Origin: Armatimonadota bacterium
GTDB lineage: Bacteria > Armatimonadota > SYMT01
Direction of reading: 5' to 3'
Assembly: GCA_041690135.1 (NCBI GenBank)
Contig: JAWLHY010000015.1
Coordinates: 32,001-96,000 of the forward strand
Length of the DNA stretch: 64,000 nt
Shown here: one piece after another, positions 59,940 to 64,000 of the stretch
Layout: each line of letters starts with the position of its first letter
Numbering within the stretch: position 1 is the first letter of the stretch
Position numbers and translations under genes: made by a program
Notes under the pieces: model-generated
Database searches by the model: none
What the model saw: only the letters and a program-made list of their open reading frames with translations
What the model was told of the DNA's origin: nothing

Positions 59940-60050
59940 GTTCAGAGGTTCAAGTGCTCGCGAGATTGAGTGTTTGGGGCCCCAACGGGGGTTAATGTTC
60001 GGGTGCGGAGCGCTGGGTTGCCCATCGGGTGGGGAGCGCCGGGCTGCCCC

Positions 60051-60097
60051 ACTCTTACTCTTACTCTTACTCTTACTCTTACTCTTACTCCTACTCC
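60051..60097. repeat. (ACTCTT)n hexamer microsatellite
   Basis: Six perfect units plus two degenerate ones. Confidence 0.9.
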
Positions 60098-60697
60098 CTT
60101 GCCATCCTTATCCCTTTGCCGGTTGGAGGTTCGAGGAGACGGCCGGAGATTCCCTGCACCCGTATCTGCTCAGTGCCCTGCACAAAACCCTTGGACCCGA
60201 GCGCGGTGGACGTCTCCTGGACCCCACCGAACCCTCTCGCGGGAATTGTGTGTAGTTTTGTGTAACAAGCAACCAGGGGTTTTGTGTATTGTGTGGATTG
60301 TGTGTATAGGGAGCCGGGGGTAAAACGTGCGGTGCTCCGGCACCCGCACCCGGGAAACCGCACGCCCTGGCGAGCGGCGGATAACCGCACCAGTCATGGT
60401 TCCTGAACCCGCTCAGTTTCTCCCACGCATCCCTTAGGATTTGCACCCACGACAATAGACCACCGCCAACCTGCCGCCGTTCTGGGCTGCGCCGGAAGCC
60501 CCTCTTCTTCCGTTCGGACCGGGTATCCACGAGTGGGTGATGGGCTGCGTCGCCCGTACGGGCCGTATGGAAGAAGGGCCGGGTACGCTCGGAGTGGGTG
60601 GCGGGGGATGAGGTTTCGGGGGGCGGACTGTGTCTCCTCACAGGCCCTGTTAAGCGGATTGCCTCCCGCAAACGAAACCGGGGTGGGAGGTTATCGC

Positions 60698-61126
60698 ATG
60701 CCATCCCCCCTTACCTACACGGAAAGCCTGGACGGGATCGATTGGGAGGCGTTGAAGGCCGATTTGGCCGCGGACCGCTTCGATAACGGCCGGTCGCCGG
60801 AGCAGCTCCGCCGGTCGTTCGAGAACAGCTGCGCGGTGGTACTGGCCTGCCGCGGCGAGCGCGTCATCGGGACGGCGCGGGTGCTGTCGGATGGGGTCTG
60901 CAACGCCTATGTCGTGGATGTCTGGACCCAATCCGAGTTCCGCCGCCAGGAGATCGGCAGACAGATGATGGAGATCCTGCTGTCGCGGCTGGAAGGGCAG
61001 CACGTTTACCTCTTCACCGACGATGCCACCGGTTTCTACCGGAAACTCGGCTTCGAGGAGCAGCCCACCGGCCTCGGCCGCGTCGTCGGCACCTGGCTCC
61101 AAACGCCACCGCAGGAGTTTGGCTAG
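60698..61126 (+). CDS. GNAT-family N-acetyltransferase
   Basis: IGTARVLSDG..AYVVDV, FRRQEIG, FYRKLGF; GGAGG RBS. Confidence 0.9.
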   Translation: MPSPLTYTESLDGIDWEALKADLAADRFDNGRSPEQLRRSFENSCAVVLACRGERVIGTARVLSDGVCNAYVVDVWTQSEFRRQEIGRQMMEILLSRLEGQHVYLFTDDATGFYRKLGFEEQPTGLGRVVGTWLQTPPQEFG

Positions 61127-61509
61127 AGAGTCAGGCAGGCGCACGACGGTCGGGGCGCGAACCTCAATAGGTCCAGGAGCAGCCTCGCTTTGGGTCCGGA
61201 AGTAGTCCCGCTTTGGCACACCGGGTTCCGTGCCCGGAGTCGGGAAACGCCGCAGCATGCGGCGACTCCACACCAAGCACCAAGACGGCGATCACTTCCC
61301 CTGATCCGGTGCGAGTTCTAGACGGGCTAGAATTGGAACGCCACGAACCGACTCTTCGGATCGCACCGAGCCAACAACTAACGAGCCTCCCTCCTGATAC
61401 CAACCTCACGCATCACGCATTACGCATCACGCACGGCCCGAACACCGCCGTCCTGCCCCTTCCCCGAGCGTAGGGGCCGTCATCCCCGGTCACTGAACAC
61501 GCACGCCAG

Positions 61510-61538
61510 TTGACAGGCGTTGTCCACCGGGGTACGAT
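61510..61538 (+). promoter_or_regulatory. Sigma70 promoter TTGACA-N17-TACGAT
   Basis: Consensus -35 with 17-bp spacer, upstream of the PPIase gene. Confidence 0.65.
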
Positions 61539-61634
61539 TTGCCCGGGCGCGACGGCTGCCGCGCCGCGCCCGCTTACCTCTTTAACTCCGGCAGTCCGTC
61601 CCCGATCCCGGTGTTCCGCCGGCCTGGAGCCGCC

Positions 61635-62696
61635 ATGCGCTATCCCGTTTTGATCCTCCTCGGCGCCGCTATCGCCGTTGCGCCCGCCGCCGCCCAGAAG
61701 AAGCGGCCGGCCACCCCGGCAAAGAAGGCTCCCGCGAAGAAAGCGCCGGCCAAGAAGCCCTCGACCGCGGCGAAGAAGCCGGCTCCGGGGCCGGATCTGC
61801 CCTCGAAGCTCCCGCTCTCCGCCCCGTTCTGCGTCGTGAACGGGGTGAAGGTCCCCCTCTCCGCCTACGTGGACGCCCTGAGCCTGCGGTACGGTCCGGA
61901 CATCCGCGAGCAACTCGTGGCGGAAGCGCTGCTGCGGCAGGAGGCCAAGCGCCGCGGGATCACCGCGACGGCGGCGGAGGTACAGGCCGCGGTGGATCGC
62001 GCCTACCAGAAAACGGTGAGCGACAAAGGTGACGAGAAGGCCCTAGCGGCGGACCTCAAGGCGACTCGCGGCTGGACCCTGAGCGATTTCCGGGCGGTCA
62101 TCCGCGCGCAGGCTGACCTTCAGGTACTGCAGGAGAAACTGGGACAGTCTCTCGTCAAGCCGACCGATATCAAGGCGGAGGAGATCCAGAAGGAGTACGA
62201 CAGCCGGACCGAGCTGTTCACCCAGCCGGACGCGGTCTGGATCTCGCACATCCTGGTGCGGCGCCCCGCGGATGACGAGCCGAACCGGGAAGATAAGGAC
62301 CGGCAGGCCCGGATCCTCGCGGAGGAATACCTCAAGCGGATCAAGGGGGGCGCGGCGTTCGAGCAGGTGGCCAAGGAAGGCTCCCAGGATAATGCCACCG
62401 GCCCCAAGGGTGGGAAGGTCCCCACCGGCATCGTGCGCGGCAAAAACCCCTTCGGCGCCGCGTTCGAGGCGGTGGTCTACAACTCCCCAGTCGGGCTGGT
62501 AAACCAGGTGATCCCCACGCCGATGGGCTACCACGTGATCCGCGTGGACCAGAAGAAGGAAGAGCGGACCCTACCGCTCGCGGAGGTGAAGGACCAGATC
62601 GTCGGCGCGCTGCTGGCCCAGCACCGGGCGCGGGCGCTGGATGAACTGTTCGTGCAGCTCCGCACCAAGGCCCAGATCGAAACCGGGAAGTTCTGA
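61635..62696 (+). CDS. Parvulin-type peptidyl-prolyl isomerase / foldase (PrsA/SurA-like)
   Basis: Signal peptide, PAKK repeats, SHILV, FEQVAKEGSQD, KGG, TPMGYHVI. Confidence 0.9.
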   Translation: MRYPVLILLGAAIAVAPAAAQKKRPATPAKKAPAKKAPAKKPSTAAKKPAPGPDLPSKLPLSAPFCVVNGVKVPLSAYVDALSLRYGPDIREQLVAEALLRQEAKRRGITATAAEVQAAVDRAYQKTVSDKGDEKALAADLKATRGWTLSDFRAVIRAQADLQVLQEKLGQSLVKPTDIKAEEIQKEYDSRTELFTQPDAVWISHILVRRPADDEPNREDKDRQARILAEEYLKRIKGGAAFEQVAKEGSQDNATGPKGGKVPTGIVRGKNPFGAAFEAVVYNSPVGLVNQVIPTPMGYHVIRVDQKKEERTLPLAEVKDQIVGALLAQHRARALDELFVQLRTKAQIETGKF

Positions 62697-63406
62697 TGAA
62701 GTGCTCCCGGCGGTGGATGCTGACGGGCCTGGGGCTCGGGGGACCGGCGCTTGCCGGCTGCCGCTCCAGTCTCGTACGCCGGGGAGTAGAACGACGGATC
62801 GAGCGCCGGCTGGAAAGCCTGGTGGGACCGGCCGACCGGTACCGGGTCCGGATCCTGAAGACCCGCGATTCCGAGCTGGTCCTCGGGCGCGCGCACCATG
62901 TGGAGATCGAAGGCTACAACATCTTCGCGCGCCGGCAGGTCCGGGTGGAAGCACTCCGGATGCGCCTCTTCGACCTGGTCTACGAGGGTGGGGAGCCCTA
63001 CTTCGTGAGTCTCCGCCACAGCGACCTGGAGATCCAGATCACGGAGCAGGCGCTGAACGACTACCTGGACACCTATCACGCCCGATATAGCCCGGAAGTC
63101 CGCCTGAACGGCGACCGCGTGTACGTGCACATGGTCTATAACTTCCTGGGAGCGCCCACCACCCTTCGGGCCAACGGGCGTTTCTACGTGCAGGAGGGAA
63201 CCCGCCTGGTGTTCGACGCCGAGGCGGCGGACGTGTCGTTTATCAACACCCCCGGGTTCGGCGAGAAGTTCATCGAAGACCGGGTCAATCCGCTGCTCGA
63301 CCTGAAGCACATCGAGTTCCCGGCCCACCTGGAAAGCGTGGAGATCCGCGACGGGCGGATCCGCGCGCGCGGCACGGCGCACATCCTACCGGATATCCAC
63401 AGTTGA
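62696..63406 (+). CDS. DUF2993/LmeA-like lipoprotein
   Basis: SRR...LAGC lipobox; ITEQALNDYL...VNPLLDL pattern; TGATG overlap. Confidence 0.65.
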   Translation: MKCSRRWMLTGLGLGGPALAGCRSSLVRRGVERRIERRLESLVGPADRYRVRILKTRDSELVLGRAHHVEIEGYNIFARRQVRVEALRMRLFDLVYEGGEPYFVSLRHSDLEIQITEQALNDYLDTYHARYSPEVRLNGDRVYVHMVYNFLGAPTTLRANGRFYVQEGTRLVFDAEAADVSFINTPGFGEKFIEDRVNPLLDLKHIEFPAHLESVEIRDGRIRARGTAHILPDIHS

Positions 63407-63470
63407 GCGAAGCGCGACGGCCTCGGACCGGCTCCGGGGCGCCGCCACACCTACGGAAAGCACCGAGCGC

Positions 63471-64000
63471 ATGAGAGGCTCGTCACGCAGCGGCCGTTCC
63501 GCCGCCATCGCCATAGCCCCCCTGGGGTCGGCATCTCCCACCCGCGGCCATGTGGCCTGGGATGCGGCGATGGCCGCCTACCTGTTCACCGTCGACGATG
63601 TCACCTACCGCGTCAACGTGGGCGACCCGGAGGAGCATTCCGGGCTGTTGACCCTCGACGGACGAGTCGGCGACGGGCCGTGGCAGCCGCTGCTGCGCGA
63701 AGCAGGAATGCTCTTCCGCGAGGCGGAAGGGGGGATCCTGCCGCCGGACGCCACGCACCAGCGGTGCGAACTGCAGTTGCTGTCCCATTCCCTCCGTGGG
63801 CGGCAGGTCCAGTTGAAGTATGAAGAACTGGCGGGGAAAGTCGCCCTCCGCCGGAACCTGCAGATCCGCCTGCGCGGGGGCTCGCTGGAGATCCAGGTGA
63901 CTGCTCCGGGAGGTGCGCCGGGAGAGGCGTTCTGCGGGTTTTCTCTGGGGCCGCTGGGACCGGAAGGGGCGCGGTCTCTCCACATCCCTGGTCTTCCCGA
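63471..64000 (+). CDS. Hypothetical protein, truncated by the window end
   Basis: Frame from ATG 63471 (MRGSSR...AYLFTVDDVTYRVNVGDP...) with GC-rich third positions; no stop seen, which would explain its absence from the ORF track. Confidence 0.55.
   Translation, partial: MRGSSRSGRSAAIAIAPLGSASPTRGHVAWDAAMAAYLFTVDDVTYRVNVGDPEEHSGLLTLDGRVGDGPWQPLLREAGMLFREAEGGILPPDATHQRCELQLLSHSLRGRQVQLKYEELAGKVALRRNLQIRLRGGSLEIQVTAPGGAPGEAFCGFSLGPLGPEGARSLHIPGLP

Noticed and set aside
59767-60323. ORFs containing poly-Leu, LT or YS repeats
   Set aside because: They are translations of the (ACTCTT)n microsatellite and adjacent repeat DNA.

Overview
High-GC bacterial chromosomal segment. The gene content (two DUF1559-type prepilin genes, a DUF1501/PSD1 pair, DUF1080, many short-period intergenic repeats) suggests Armatimonadota or a Planctomycete-like lineage; this is inference. 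About 45 CDS are supported: sugar-acid and hydrolase genes, an ECF sigma/anti-sigma pair, three hybrid PAS/GAF histidine kinases, two divergent CPA2 antiporters, secDF, an ABC exporter fused to TrkA-C, a Fic protein and a PPIase. No rRNA, tRNA, CRISPR array or transposase was seen. Highlights: (1) a visibly lower-GC island (~50.0-58.5 kb) carries a five-gene overlapping operon (D12-type adenine MTase, HAD phosphatase, GGDEF cyclase fused to a thymidylate-synthase-fold domain lacking the catalytic Cys, small SAM MTase, second D12-type MTase) plus a convergent dUTPase and no recognisable nuclease, a candidate undescribed nucleotide-signalling, DNA-modification or defence system; (2) a secreted leader ORF ending in RGPP lies upstream of secDF and its last 9 nt are complementary to the secDF Shine-Dalgarno, a candidate arrest peptide; (3) a ~90-aa repeat-derived in-frame insertion sits inside a PSD1 domain; (4) there is a MITE-like element and two dispersed repeat families; (5) one gene is frameshifted and one has an amber codon in its signal peptide. 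All family calls come from reading motifs by eye; no database searches or GC calculations were run.
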